A stretch of 64,000 nucleotides of DNA from Christensenellaceae bacterium (GCA_045645345.1 JAZRIP010000026.1:5142-69141), one strand, 5' to 3'. Positions 9,119-19,689 are shown, numbered from the stretch's first letter. Numbers and translations are program-made. Notes: generated by a model from the sequence alone, not told the origin.

Positions 9119-10882
9119 TTAAAGTCTATCTTTAATTTCTTTAGTAATTTTTGCTACGAAATCGTCAAGCGAATAAACTTCGGTTTGCAACGTATCTCTA
9201 TTCCTAACTGAAACGATATTTTCTTCAACTTCTTTTTGACCGATAATAATCATATAAGGAACTCTATCAACTGCTTGGGCTTCTCTAATCATATAACCGA
9301 TTTTTTCATTTCTATCGTCAAGTTCAACTCTCACGCCGGCGTCTTTTAAAGCATTGTAAACTTTTTTGCCGTAATCTGCGTATTTTTCTGAGACGAGTAA
9401 AACTTTTGCTTGTTTTGGAGCAAGCCAAACTGGGAATTTACCAGCAAAATGTTCGGTGATAATGCCTATAAACCTTTCGATAGAGCCAAAGCAAACTCTA
9501 TGAACCATAATAGGCACTTGTTTTTCGCCGTTTTCATCAACGTACTCTAAGCCGAAATTAATAGGCATTTGAAAATCAAGTTGAATAGTTCCGCATTGCC
9601 AAGTTCTACCAAGGCAGTCTTCTAAATGGAAGTCGATTTTAGGTCCGTAGAAAGCACCGTCGCCTTCGTTGATAGTGTAAGGAACGCCAAGTTTATTAAG
9701 GGCAGTGATAAGACCATTAGTTGCACTTTCCCAGTCTTCATCCGTACCCATACTATTTTCAGGGCGAGTTGATAATTCGATATTGTATTTAAAACCAAAT
9801 TTTGTGTAAACTTCGTTGATAAGGTTAGCAACTGCTAAAATCTCGTCGGTAATTTGTTCCTTTCTCATAAAGATATGAGCATCGTCTTGCGTAAAGCAAC
9901 GAACCCTAAATAATCCGTGTAACGCACCTTTTAATTCGTGACGGTGAACTATACCAAATTCGCCAACTCTTAAAGGTAAATCTCTATAACTATGTGGACG
10001 ACTTCTATAAACCATAACGCCACCAGGACAAGACATAGGTTTTACGCAATAAGTTTCTTCGTCGATAGTAGTCGAGTACATATTGTCTTTATAATGGTCC
10101 CAGTGACCACTAGTTTCCCATAACTTTCTATTCATAATGATAGGGGTAGTTACTTCAACGTAGCCGTCACGATAGTGAATTGAACGCCAGTAATCAATAA
10201 GGGCGTTTTTAATAGCCATACCGTTTGGCAAGAAGAAAGGAAAACCAGGTGCTTCGTCACAAAGCATAAATAAGTTCATTTCTTTACCGATACGACGGTG
10301 GTCACGGCGTTCTGCTTCTTCTAAAAGTTTAAGATAGTTATCAAGTTCTTCGGTAGTTTTAAAGGCGACACCTTTAATTCTAGTAAGCATTTTATTGTTT
10401 TTATCGTTTTTCCAGTAAGCACCAGAAAGCCCCATTAACTTAAAGGCTTTTATTTGCTTGGTGTACGTTAAGTGAGGACCAACGCACATATCGATATATT
10501 CGCCTTGTTGATAGAAAGTAATAATTGCGTCTTCATCAAGGTCGTCAATATGTTCAACTTTATAAATTTCGCCCCTTTCTTTCATTAAGTTAATAGCGTC
10601 TTGACGAGAAAGAGAAAAAGTTTTAATAGGTAAATTTTCTTTAACTATTTTTCTCATTTCGTTTTCAATTTTAACTAAATCTTCGTCGGTGATTTTTACG
10701 TCGCCAAGGTCAACGTCGTAATAAAAACCCTTTTCGTTAGCAGGTCCGTAAGCGAAAATTGCATTAGGAAAAATCCTTTTAACCGCTTGTGCTAAAACGT
10801 GTGCAGAAGTATGACGAATTATATGTAATTCTTCTTCTACTAAACATTCTTTAACTTCACCGTTGTTGTAAATTGCTTTCAT
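9119..10882 (-). CDS. thrS: threonine--tRNA ligase (short form, N-terminal TGS domain largely absent)
   Basis: Editing-domain HxxxH (HTSAH). Class II core motifs (FRVRCFTQDDAHIF, GTIQLDF). C-terminal anticodon-binding domain. Start at MKAIYN with GGAGGG SD. Preceded by a T-box leader. Confidence 0.9.
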   Translation of the reverse strand: MKAIYNNGEVKECLVEEELHIIRHTSAHVLAQAVKRIFPNAIFAYGPANEKGFYYDVDLGDVKITDEDLVKIENEMRKIVKENLPIKTFSLSRQDAINLMKERGEIYKVEHIDDLDEDAIITFYQQGEYIDMCVGPHLTYTKQIKAFKLMGLSGAYWKNDKNNKMLTRIKGVAFKTTEELDNYLKLLEEAERRDHRRIGKEMNLFMLCDEAPGFPFFLPNGMAIKNALIDYWRSIHYRDGYVEVTTPIIMNRKLWETSGHWDHYKDNMYSTTIDEETYCVKPMSCPGGVMVYRSRPHSYRDLPLRVGEFGIVHRHELKGALHGLFRVRCFTQDDAHIFMRKEQITDEILAVANLINEVYTKFGFKYNIELSTRPENSMGTDEDWESATNGLITALNKLGVPYTINEGDGAFYGPKIDFHLEDCLGRTWQCGTIQLDFQMPINFGLEYVDENGEKQVPIMVHRVCFGSIERFIGIITEHFAGKFPVWLAPKQAKVLLVSEKYADYGKKVYNALKDAGVRVELDDRNEKIGYMIREAQAVDRVPYMIIIGQKEVEENIVSVRNRDTLQTEVYSLDDFVAKITKEIKDRL

Positions 10883-10889
10883 AACACCC

Positions 10890-11105
10890 TCCAAAAATAT
10901 AAAAAGCCCTTAACGGCAAAAGCCGTCAAGGGCGTGATTGTACACGCTGTTCCACCCTGATTTATAAATCAAGCAAACGCTTTATCTTTAACGCAGATAT
11001 ACGGTAGTTTTTAACTACGGCTAAGGAGCCGTTTTCAATTATCACTCTATAAAAGGCTTTCACCATTGCCTTTCTCTCTGTAAAAGAATAAATAACCTAC
11101 TCTTT
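10890..11105 (-). promoter_or_regulatory. T-box riboswitch leader of thrS
   Basis: On the minus strand I read an AGAGA/AG box (agagagaaagg), a GNUGNA box (ggtgaaa), an F-box (gcgtta) and the T-box sequence aaatcagggtggaacagcg. These are followed by a terminator, gcccttgacggcttttgccgttaagggcttttt. Confidence 0.85.
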
Positions 11106-11164
11106 CCTATAATCGCCTTATTAATTTAGTTAATTATATCAAAATAAATTTTAAAAGTCAATTA

Positions 11165-11959
11165 TTATTCAAGAAATTTATCTTTTAATAGTTGAATATC
11201 TTGGTCGGTTAATAGCAAAACGTTTTTACAATAGTCTATAACGGAGCCGTATTCTTTTTTAATAAAATCTAAAATAAAATCGACGTATAAAAGTTTAGCC
11301 GTCATCATATTGTTTAAAATGCCTTTAAACTGATTTGAATAAGGACATATTACTAAACCTAATTTATTAAGAGAATTTCTTTTTCTACGAAACCTGTTTG
11401 AAATAAGGTAATCTTTTTTTATAATTTCTTCACTAACACCTAAAAGGCTTTCAATCAAAATAGCAACTAGTCCCGTTCTATCTTTACCGCCGTTACAATG
11501 CCAAAGTATTTTATCGTATTTTAAAAAGCAAGCCATTACCTTTTGTAATATCGAAACGGAATATTTGCTAGTTAATAATTGACGATACATTTCAATCATA
11601 TAGTTATCCGTAGTTTTGAATTGAGTTTTTATGCGTTTTGCCTCGATTAAATAAACAATACGCATACTTTTTTCAACGAAAACTTCTTCGGTTGCAGTGC
11701 AAGGAAGTGGATAATTAATATATTCTACGCCCTTCAAAATAGTGTCTGGTGAAGAATTTACTTCGACAGGCGTTCTTAAATCAATAACTGCGTCTAAATT
11801 AAAATTTTCTAATGCTGATATAGTGTGTTTGGTAAGTTTTCTAAGTTTGCCACTACGGATAAGACAGCCTTTTTTAATAATTTTGCCATCCGTTGCGGGT
11901 AAACCGCCTAAATCACGAGTGTTATTCAATTTTTTCAATCTTAATTTAGTAATTTTCAT
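11165..11959 (-). CDS. protein-tyrosine phosphatase family protein (Y_phosphatase3-like)
   Basis: CX5R P-loop HCNGGKDRTG. 264 aa. Confidence 0.8.
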   Translation of the reverse strand: MKITKLRLKKLNNTRDLGGLPATDGKIIKKGCLIRSGKLRKLTKHTISALENFNLDAVIDLRTPVEVNSSPDTILKGVEYINYPLPCTATEEVFVEKSMRIVYLIEAKRIKTQFKTTDNYMIEMYRQLLTSKYSVSILQKVMACFLKYDKILWHCNGGKDRTGLVAILIESLLGVSEEIIKKDYLISNRFRRKRNSLNKLGLVICPYSNQFKGILNNMMTAKLLYVDFILDFIKKEYGSVIDYCKNVLLLTDQDIQLLKDKFLE

Positions 11960-11975
11960 TAGTAACCTAAAAAAT

Positions 11976-12692
11976 TTATAAAAGTTGTTTTTTTCTATCT
12001 TTAACAGAAGTTGCTTGTAAAGTTTTTTCTTTTTCTAACGCTTTTTCTTTGCGAATATCGTACTCGCATTTTACCGATTTTTTTCTAATAGTAAAATTAA
12101 TTTCGTAATGTTTAAGACCTAAAGACAATAAAGTTTCAAGTGCGTCGATAACGTTATCAATATGTGAATAAAGCACTCGTTTTTTACCTTTTGCGTCTTT
12201 CCAAACTATATCTAAATTACCAAAATAAACGTTTTCGGGCTTTTCTGTTTTAACCTTTTCTAAAAGTGCGTCGTTTTCACTATCAAGTTTACTAGCAGGT
12301 AATTCTATAGTAACTTTAATTAACGTAACGTCTTTATATTTAGCCGTAACTTTATCAATAAACATTTCTTTGTCTTTAATAATTACTATAGGCTCGTTTT
12401 TAGTTGGATAATTTTTAATAATAGAAGGTATTAAAAATATCGGCAACAATAAAAACATGCCGAAAATAGCGGCAAAATCCATTTGCCCCGTTGAGAAGAA
12501 TAAAGACGTAGGACCAAGCATTACTACTAGAAGTAGTATAGAGAAAATAAGCCCCGTCCTTTTTTTGTTTTTGTTATACTGTACGTTTGGGTAATAGTTT
12601 TTTTCCATAATGACTTTATTGTATAGTATATTAGACTTTTTGTCAACCTGTTTTTTGCTCGTCGTCATTTTCAATTTTTTGTTTGTTGCCAA
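11976..12692 (-). CDS. hypothetical membrane protein (start uncertain)
   Basis: Two TM helices followed by a soluble domain. The track start is a TTG that overlaps the upstream gene by 50 nt. Internal ATGs at 12668 and 12608 are alternatives. Confidence 0.55.
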   Translation of the reverse strand: MATNKKLKMTTSKKQVDKKSNILYNKVIMEKNYYPNVQYNKNKKRTGLIFSILLLVVMLGPTSLFFSTGQMDFAAIFGMFLLLPIFLIPSIIKNYPTKNEPIVIIKDKEMFIDKVTAKYKDVTLIKVTIELPASKLDSENDALLEKVKTEKPENVYFGNLDIVWKDAKGKKRVLYSHIDNVIDALETLLSLGLKHYEINFTIRKKSVKCEYDIRKEKALEKEKTLQATSVKDRKKQLL

Positions 12693-13809
12693 CTAAAATT
12701 TTACGGGATATAGGTTTGTAGTAATCGTTTCTAATAAATACGTCGTTAATTTTTTTGCCGTTTTTGTAGTAAGATAAAAATCCTTGACTTTTAACTCCCT
12801 GTTTTTCGTTTTGAATTATACTTTGTTCGCCTTGATAAAGAGTGTCGCTTTCAATATATTCGCAAGGCGACGGAGTTATTGTTTGAGTAATTTTGCTAAT
12901 CCTTTGGATTTGATATGGATGTTTTTCGCCGTAAATACGAAAAGTTAAATTGTTTCCGTCTGCTTTTGCAGTAATATAAATAGGGTTAGCCGTATCGTTT
13001 TTAAATTTTAAATCTAAACTGGTTCCACTAACCATAGCGTCGAAAGAAGGCTCGACGTAGTTTACCATTAATGAGTGGGCATGATGCTCTATAACTTTTA
13101 AATTTGATAACAACAAGGCGTTATAAAGGGTAGTTGAAACTTGACAAACGCCACCACCAACGCCGTCGACGTATTCGCCGTTTAGTATAATTTTTGCCGT
13201 TTGATAGCCGTTTTTTTCATTTCTTTCACCAACCGTTTTGTTAAATGAAAAAATCTCTTCGCTTTTTATTATAGTACCGTTTAAGCGTTTGATTGCCAAA
13301 CTAATATTAGTTTTTCTGCCGTCAACCGACGTATAGTAATTAGTTGTAAATTCTCCCCTTAAAAAAGTTAGGTTTTCGTTATTTTCAGTACTTGTTTTTG
13401 GTAAAATCGTTACTGTTGAGCATTTTATAAAGTTAACGTTGTCGTTTAATGCTAAATCAACGTCTTTTTTTAGTTTTTCTTTATCAATGCAAACGCCGTC
13501 ACTACTTTTTGTAATAGTAAAAGGGGTTTCAAAATTAGACTTAGAAAAACTAAGCGTAGAATTTACAGGGTTTACAAGAGTATCTAAATAAATTTTATCT
13601 ATAATGTTTTCAAGGTCGTTTAAATATCTTCGACCGTTATATACGCTTGTTTCGTATTCGTAAAAACAATAAGTTTTATCTAGTGCCGAAATTGTTAAAA
13701 TAGGTGAATTTGCATAAACGGGATTAACCGAAAAACAAAAAGTCGCAATATTAAATACGACTAAAAGTAATAAAAATATACAAATTTTTGCCCTTTTAAT
13801 ATATTTCAT
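12643..13809 (-). CDS. VanW-family protein with C-terminal G5-like domain
   Basis: Signal/TM at the N-terminus. VanW core GGGVCQVSTTLYNALL...HHAHS. G5-like segment YQGEQSIIQNEKQGVK. Confidence 0.8.
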   Translation of the reverse strand: MKYIKRAKICIFLLLLVVFNIATFCFSVNPVYANSPILTISALDKTYCFYEYETSVYNGRRYLNDLENIIDKIYLDTLVNPVNSTLSFSKSNFETPFTITKSSDGVCIDKEKLKKDVDLALNDNVNFIKCSTVTILPKTSTENNENLTFLRGEFTTNYYTSVDGRKTNISLAIKRLNGTIIKSEEIFSFNKTVGERNEKNGYQTAKIILNGEYVDGVGGGVCQVSTTLYNALLLSNLKVIEHHAHSLMVNYVEPSFDAMVSGTSLDLKFKNDTANPIYITAKADGNNLTFRIYGEKHPYQIQRISKITQTITPSPCEYIESDTLYQGEQSIIQNEKQGVKSQGFLSYYKNGKKINDVFIRNDYYKPISRKILVGNKQKIENDDEQKTG

Positions 13810-13833
13810 ACTAAAAGTATGTTTATAATTTTA

Positions 13834-14490
13834 TCAAATATACTCCCTAACTTTAACGTGTATGGTTTTTTTGTTCGTTTCGATATAGCCTTGGTTAGTA
13901 AGATTTTTTATTTCTCTCATTAAGGCAGACCGGTCAACGCAAAGATATTCGGCTAAAGACGTGTAAGACATAGGCAAAGTAAACGGGTTACCGCTTTTTT
14001 TAAGCATTAAATTACAATAGCCTAAAAATTTATCTTTAATGGTTTTGTTTGATAAAAGTTCTATTCTTTGCGACAAAGTTTTAGTTTTTTCAATAACTAT
14101 TTGCATTAAATTTTCAACTAAGGTAGAGTGATATTTACACGCTTTTGTACATCTTTTAAAAACTTCTTCAAAATCAAAAAGCAAAACGATTACGTCGGTT
14201 GCTGCAAAAACGCTAATATAGTTAACGTCGGTTGCGGTGTAAGAAATTTTATCACTGAAAATATCAAAATTAGTTAAGTTTTCTAAAATAAAATAATTCC
14301 CGTTAGGGTCAAGTTTTTTAACGTACGCTTTGCCTTGAAGAACTATTCCTAATAGACCGTTTTTATTATTAAAAGAACAAATTTCATCCCCTTGTGAAAA
14401 TTTTAATTCTTTTGCTTTAAAACAAATAAGCATTTCTTTTATTTCGTTTTGGCTTATATTTTTAAATAAAGGACAATTTAAATACTGCAT
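13834..14490 (-). CDS. Crp/Fnr-family transcriptional regulator
   Basis: N-terminal cNMP-binding-like beta roll. C-terminal HTH (TSLAEYLCVDRSALMREIKNL). Divergent from the glycosidase operon. Confidence 0.8.
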   Translation of the reverse strand: MQYLNCPLFKNISQNEIKEMLICFKAKELKFSQGDEICSFNNKNGLLGIVLQGKAYVKKLDPNGNYFILENLTNFDIFSDKISYTATDVNYISVFAATDVIVLLFDFEEVFKRCTKACKYHSTLVENLMQIVIEKTKTLSQRIELLSNKTIKDKFLGYCNLMLKKSGNPFTLPMSYTSLAEYLCVDRSALMREIKNLTNQGYIETNKKTIHVKVREYI

Positions 14491-14587
14491 ACACCACCTA
14501 TTTGTTGCAATTACAACATTTTTTTTATATTAACATAAAGCCAAGGATTTGTAAATAGATTTTGAAAATAATTATTTTGGTTTGGTA

Positions 14588-14616
14588 TTGACACTAACGA
14601 GTTTAAAAGGTATAAT
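14588..14616 (+). promoter_or_regulatory. sigma-A type promoter for the glycosidase operon
   Basis: TTGACA (14588-14593), 17 nt spacer, TATAAT (14611-14616). Confidence 0.6.
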
Positions 14617-14652
14617 TTATTAAAATTATATACTTAAAAAGGAGTGGCAATA

Positions 14653-15981
14653 ATGAAATTAAGACCGATTGAATTGACTTGTTTTACACCATCTAATAAG
14701 GAATTGAAAAATCCGTATAGGGGGTTTATGTCTTTTAACCATTTTAGAGATGGTAAATTGTTCTCAAATAGCGTCGCAGGTATTTATAAAGAAAGATATC
14801 CTATAGCAAGTGACGTAGAACAAAACGGACATTTAGAAGGTTGGCATCCAGATACCGAACTTGCCTATATTAGAACGTGTTGGAAGGATTTTGAGCCAAA
14901 GCAAGGCGAATATAATTTTAAAATGTTTGAAGAAATTTTTGACTTAGCAAAGGAACACAAACAACATTTGATTATAAGAATTATGCCACATACGACAAGG
15001 GCGAGTGAAGACGTTCCCGACTGGCTTAAAGAACTTATACCTTGCCCTGAAAGACCAGACGATAAACGTGTAAAAGAATCGCCTAGTCATCCGTTATTTT
15101 TACAAACTTTTACCAAGGCAATAAAAGCGTTTGCCGAAAGGTTTGATAGCGACCCAACTCTTTACGCAATCGACGTTTCGTTGTTTGGGGCGTGGGGGGA
15201 AGGACACGGCTATGAAACGGCGTCGAAAGAAGATATTAAAAATTTAATGGACACTTACGCAACGTGTTTTAAAAACACTCACGTTTTTGGTCAAATTTGC
15301 GGACCTGAACTTATTCAGCAAGTAAACGAAATCGGGATTAAACCTATAGGTTTAAGGGCTGACGGCTACGGCAGTCCAAGTCAAATACAATGGCACTATC
15401 CAAGATTAACTAAAAACATTAAAGATTTATGGAAAGTTGCACCTATTACCATTGAATCGTGGTGGTATATGAGTTCGTGGGACGAGCATAATTTTGGTGA
15501 TATAGAATATCTTATCGATAACGCTTTAAAATTGCATTTAAGTTCGTTTAACAACAAGTCGTCTACTATTCCGTTTAAATGGAGAGATAGCGTGCAACGT
15601 TTAATTAATCGTATGGGTTACAGATTTTTTATTACTAGTTTCTTTTTCCCTGACAAAGCGTCTAAAGGGGACGAATTAGATTGTAAAATCGTAATTAATA
15701 ACGTGGGTGTTGCTCCTATATATACTAAACATCCGTTTACAGTAAGGCTTAAAGGTGAAAATTTTGAAAAAATTTATAGTTACGATATCGATATAACTAA
15801 GTGGTTACCTGGCGATACGGTTGAAGACCTTCCTATTTTGTTACCAAACGATATTAAAGAAGGTAAATATAAAATTCAAGTTGGTTTAGTTGGCGAATAT
15901 CCTACGCCTACTATCCATTTTGCTAACGACCTTGAAATTGAAGACGGATATTATACCGTTTGTCAAATTGAAGTTGAATAA
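14653..15981 (+). CDS. putative glycoside hydrolase (TIM-barrel, DUF4874/DUF4832-like)
   Basis: Start at ATG 14653, 8 nt after AGGAG. Has NPYRGF and FGAWGEGHG motifs typical of GH42-like uncharacterised glycosidases. The family call is tentative. Confidence 0.55.
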   Translation: MKLRPIELTCFTPSNKELKNPYRGFMSFNHFRDGKLFSNSVAGIYKERYPIASDVEQNGHLEGWHPDTELAYIRTCWKDFEPKQGEYNFKMFEEIFDLAKEHKQHLIIRIMPHTTRASEDVPDWLKELIPCPERPDDKRVKESPSHPLFLQTFTKAIKAFAERFDSDPTLYAIDVSLFGAWGEGHGYETASKEDIKNLMDTYATCFKNTHVFGQICGPELIQQVNEIGIKPIGLRADGYGSPSQIQWHYPRLTKNIKDLWKVAPITIESWWYMSSWDEHNFGDIEYLIDNALKLHLSSFNNKSSTIPFKWRDSVQRLINRMGYRFFITSFFFPDKASKGDELDCKIVINNVGVAPIYTKHPFTVRLKGENFEKIYSYDIDITKWLPGDTVEDLPILLPNDIKEGKYKIQVGLVGEYPTPTIHFANDLEIEDGYYTVCQIEVE

Positions 15982-15997
15982 TGAAAGGAATAATATT

Positions 15998-18955
15998 ATG
16001 AATTCAAGCAAAACGTTATCTAAAAAATTTTGGTTAGCCCTAATAATTTTTAGTTTAGCAGGGCAAGTTGCATGGGTTGTAGAAAATATGTATTTTAACG
16101 TATTTATCTACAAGATTTTTGCCGCAACTGAAAAAGATATTTCGTTGATGGTAGCGTTAAGTGCCGTATCGGCAACCTTGACGTCAATATTTATAGGTGC
16201 GTTGTCTGACAAGATAGGCAAAAGAAAACTATTTATTTGCGGTGGCTATATACTTTGGGGTATATCAATTTTGTCTTTTTCGCTAATTAGAACTGACGTT
16301 ATCAACGCACTATTTCCTATGGCTATATCGTCTGCGTCGGTAGGAATTACGCTTGTAATTATAATGGACTGCGTTATGACTTTTTTTGGCTCAAGTGCGA
16401 ACGACGCTGCGTTTAACGCTTGGCTCACCGATAGTACTAACAGCAAAAATAGGGGTATGGCAGAAGGCTTAAACGCAATGATGCCACTCGTTGCTATTTT
16501 GGTAGTTTTCGGGGGATTTATGGCTTTTAACTTAGAACAAGTTGAAAGTTGGACTTTAATATTTTTAATTATAGGTGTAGTAGTCGTAGCAATAGGTGTT
16601 TTAGGATTGTTTATTATTGAAGAACCTAAAATTAAAAAAGACAAATCTAATTATTTTGCAAATATTATATACGGATTTTTACCAACGACAATAAAAGAAA
16701 ATTCAAAATTGTATTTGGCGTTGATAGGCTTTATACTATTTAACGTTTCAATACAAATTTTTATGCCTTACCTTATTATCTATTACGAAGTATCTCTTAA
16801 AATGAGTGACTACGTTTTAATTATGGCTCCAGCAATAATTATAGCGTCAATCGTAACGGCGTTATGGGGTAAGGTGTACGATAAAAAAGGCTTTGCCTTT
16901 TCATCAACCTTTTCTTTAACGTGGCTAATAATAGGGTACGTGCTACTTTTCTTATTTAAAGATAAACTTTTAGTGTTTATCGGCTCCCTTTTAATGATGT
17001 GCGGATATCTATCTGGTATGGCAGTTTTCGGTGCTAAAATTAGGGCGAATACACCGATAGGCAAGGCGGGAAGATTGCAAGGCGTAAGAATAGTAGCACA
17101 AGTATTAGTTCCGGGATTAATAGGTCCGTATATAGGTCAATTAGTTCTTGCTAACGCAGAAAAAATAGTTATTGACGGCGTTACTAAATTCGTTCCTAAC
17201 GCAAATATTTTTTTGGCGGCATTAGTGGTAATATTAATAACGTTGCCGTTCGTTTTTATCTTTTTAAACAAAGAAGAGCAAGTAATTAACGACTTAAAAA
17301 CACCTTATCAAATTGACGACACGCCTTTTAACGAATATCCAAGACCACAGTTTAAAAGACAAAGTTTTATAAATCTTAACGGCAAATGGAACTTTAAAAT
17401 AACTAAAAAGAATAAAATTTTATACGATGGTGAAATTTTAGTTCCTTTTTGTCCCGAAAGCAAATTATCGGGCGTAGAAAGAGTTACAAAAAAAGGTGAA
17501 ACTTTAATTTATGAAAAAACCTTTAACATAGTTAAAGGGGAATTAATAACTCTATTGAATTTTGGTGCAGTAGATAGATATTGTGAAGTTTATATAAACG
17601 ACAAAATAATCGGCACAAACAATAACGGATATATACCTTTCACCTTTGATATAACAGACTTTATCGTTGACGGAGAAAATAAAATAATCGTAAAAGTTGT
17701 CGACGACACGAGCCTTGACTATCCATACGGCAAGCAAAAAATTAATCGTGGTGGAATGTGGTATACTTCGGTAAGTGGAATTTGGCAAACGGTATGGCTT
17801 GAACAAGTCGAAAAAACTTATATAAAATCAATAAAAGTAACGCCAACTATAAATTCGGTTACGATAGAAATCGATGGTGGAGAGAAAGAAAAAACCATTA
17901 TTTTATACGACAATGAATACTCTTTTAGTGGTGAAAGCATAACTATAAATTTAGACGAACCTAAACTTTGGACGCCTGAAAATCCATACCTTTACGAGTT
18001 TGAACTTATAAGTGGAAAAGATAAAATTACTTCATATTTTGCGTTAAGAGAGATTAAAATAGAAAATGGTGAAATATTATTAAATAATAAGCCGTATTTC
18101 TTTCACGGACTACTTGACCAAGGTTATTATAGTGACGGAATATTCTTGCCTGCAAACGAGCAAGGTTTTAAAGACGATATTTTAAATATGAAAAATTTAG
18201 GCTTTAATACGCTAAGAAAGCATATCAAAATAGAGCCTATGATTTTCTACTATTACTGCGACAAATACGGTATGATAGTGTTCCAAGATTTTATTAACAA
18301 CGGCAAGTATAGTTTTTTAATGGACACGGCTTTACCGACTCTTGGTTTTAAGAAAAAAAGATTAGTAAAAGTAACCGAAAAGCAACGCAAAATTTTTAAA
18401 GCAACGGCAGTTAAAACTATTGAGTTATTGTATAATACCCCGTCGGTCGTTTACTATACGATATTTAACGAAGGGTGGGGACAATTCGATGCAACTAACG
18501 TTTATAATGAAATAAAAAAATACGACGACACGAGAATTTACGATACTGCGTCGGGTTGGTTTAACGCTTGTCAAAGCGACGTTCAAAGCGAACACGTTTA
18601 TTTTAAGCCTTTAAATTTACAAAAACAAAATAATAAGCCGTTGATTTTAACGGAATTTGGTGGCTATTCTTACAAAATCAAGCAAAATTCATATAATTTA
18701 TCAAAGACTTATGGTTACAAAAAATGCACCGAAAAGACTTTTATGAACGATATAGAAGACTTATATTATAATCAAGTCGTGCCGTCGATTAAGAAGGGGC
18801 TTAACGGAGCAATCTTAACGCAAGTTAGCGACGTAGAAGACGAAACTAACGGACTTGTAACTTACGATAGGCAAATTATAAAAGTCGATAAAGAAAAAAT
18901 GCAAAAAATAGCCAAGGCGATTTTCGATGCGAACGACGAAAAAATTAAGAGTTGA
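15998..18955 (+). CDS. fusion protein: N-terminal MFS-type transporter (about 12 TM) plus C-terminal glycoside hydrolase family 2
   Basis: Start at MNSSKT (15998). About 455 aa is hydrophobic and transporter-like. The GH2 N-terminal signature follows (EYPRPQFKR...LNGKWNF), then acid/base FNEGWG and nucleophile LTEFGG. The frame is continuous with no stop. Confidence 0.8.
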   Translation: MNSSKTLSKKFWLALIIFSLAGQVAWVVENMYFNVFIYKIFAATEKDISLMVALSAVSATLTSIFIGALSDKIGKRKLFICGGYILWGISILSFSLIRTDVINALFPMAISSASVGITLVIIMDCVMTFFGSSANDAAFNAWLTDSTNSKNRGMAEGLNAMMPLVAILVVFGGFMAFNLEQVESWTLIFLIIGVVVVAIGVLGLFIIEEPKIKKDKSNYFANIIYGFLPTTIKENSKLYLALIGFILFNVSIQIFMPYLIIYYEVSLKMSDYVLIMAPAIIIASIVTALWGKVYDKKGFAFSSTFSLTWLIIGYVLLFLFKDKLLVFIGSLLMMCGYLSGMAVFGAKIRANTPIGKAGRLQGVRIVAQVLVPGLIGPYIGQLVLANAEKIVIDGVTKFVPNANIFLAALVVILITLPFVFIFLNKEEQVINDLKTPYQIDDTPFNEYPRPQFKRQSFINLNGKWNFKITKKNKILYDGEILVPFCPESKLSGVERVTKKGETLIYEKTFNIVKGELITLLNFGAVDRYCEVYINDKIIGTNNNGYIPFTFDITDFIVDGENKIIVKVVDDTSLDYPYGKQKINRGGMWYTSVSGIWQTVWLEQVEKTYIKSIKVTPTINSVTIEIDGGEKEKTIILYDNEYSFSGESITINLDEPKLWTPENPYLYEFELISGKDKITSYFALREIKIENGEILLNNKPYFFHGLLDQGYYSDGIFLPANEQGFKDDILNMKNLGFNTLRKHIKIEPMIFYYYCDKYGMIVFQDFINNGKYSFLMDTALPTLGFKKKRLVKVTEKQRKIFKATAVKTIELLYNTPSVVYYTIFNEGWGQFDATNVYNEIKKYDDTRIYDTASGWFNACQSDVQSEHVYFKPLNLQKQNNKPLILTEFGGYSYKIKQNSYNLSKTYGYKKCTEKTFMNDIEDLYYNQVVPSIKKGLNGAILTQVSDVEDETNGLVTYDRQIIKVDKEKMQKIAKAIFDANDEKIKS

Positions 18956-19005
18956 AAATTTTAAAAATTTATGTTAAAATATAAAAAAACGATAAAGGAC
19001 TATTT

Positions 19006-19689
19006 ATGATACAAAAATCTAGCCGTGGCAATTTTAACGATTTTATTCACTTTTTATTAATGACGCTTTTGTCTGGAGCAATGATGGGTATTTGTGCTAC
19101 GTCGTCGCTGACGGCAAACGCTTTAAGTCAAGACGGGCGAATAGTAGGTTCGTTACTTTTTTCGTTAGGGATGTTCGTTATACTTGCATTTGAAATGAAA
19201 CTTTTTACGGGGCTTATTCCAAAAATTCCACACACTAACCCAAAATCTTACTGGCAATTACCCGTTTGTTTGCTTGGAAATATCGTAGGAGTATTAGTTG
19301 TTTATTTATTAGTTAGTCAAACTTTTTTTGCAGATAAAGTTATACTTGAAGGAAAAACTTTAATAAGTAATAAACTTTCGCAAGAAAACTGGGCTTTATC
19401 TTCGCTTTCATCAGGTATTATATGTGGAATTTTAATTACCTTATCCGTACTTAGCGTAGACCACTCGCATAAAAAAGGTTTAAGTGCAAACGTAGGCGTA
19501 ATGTTTCCTATAATAGTTTTCGTATTTTGTGGTTTTGACCACTCTATTGCAAATATGTTCTACTTTTATTGTTTAGGCGAAATTTCGTGGAGAGTTATAG
19601 GCTATATATCTCTTACTATATTAGGAAATTTAATAGGTGGAATAATTTTACCACTTGTATTAAAATTAAGGGACAACGACCCAGTATAA
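19006..19689 (+). CDS. formate/nitrite transporter (FNT) family protein
   Basis: 227 aa, six TM helices. FNT signature GFDHSIANMF. Confidence 0.8.
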   Translation: MIQKSSRGNFNDFIHFLLMTLLSGAMMGICATSSLTANALSQDGRIVGSLLFSLGMFVILAFEMKLFTGLIPKIPHTNPKSYWQLPVCLLGNIVGVLVVYLLVSQTFFADKVILEGKTLISNKLSQENWALSSLSSGIICGILITLSVLSVDHSHKKGLSANVGVMFPIIVFVFCGFDHSIANMFYFYCLGEISWRVIGYISLTILGNLIGGIILPLVLKLRDNDPV

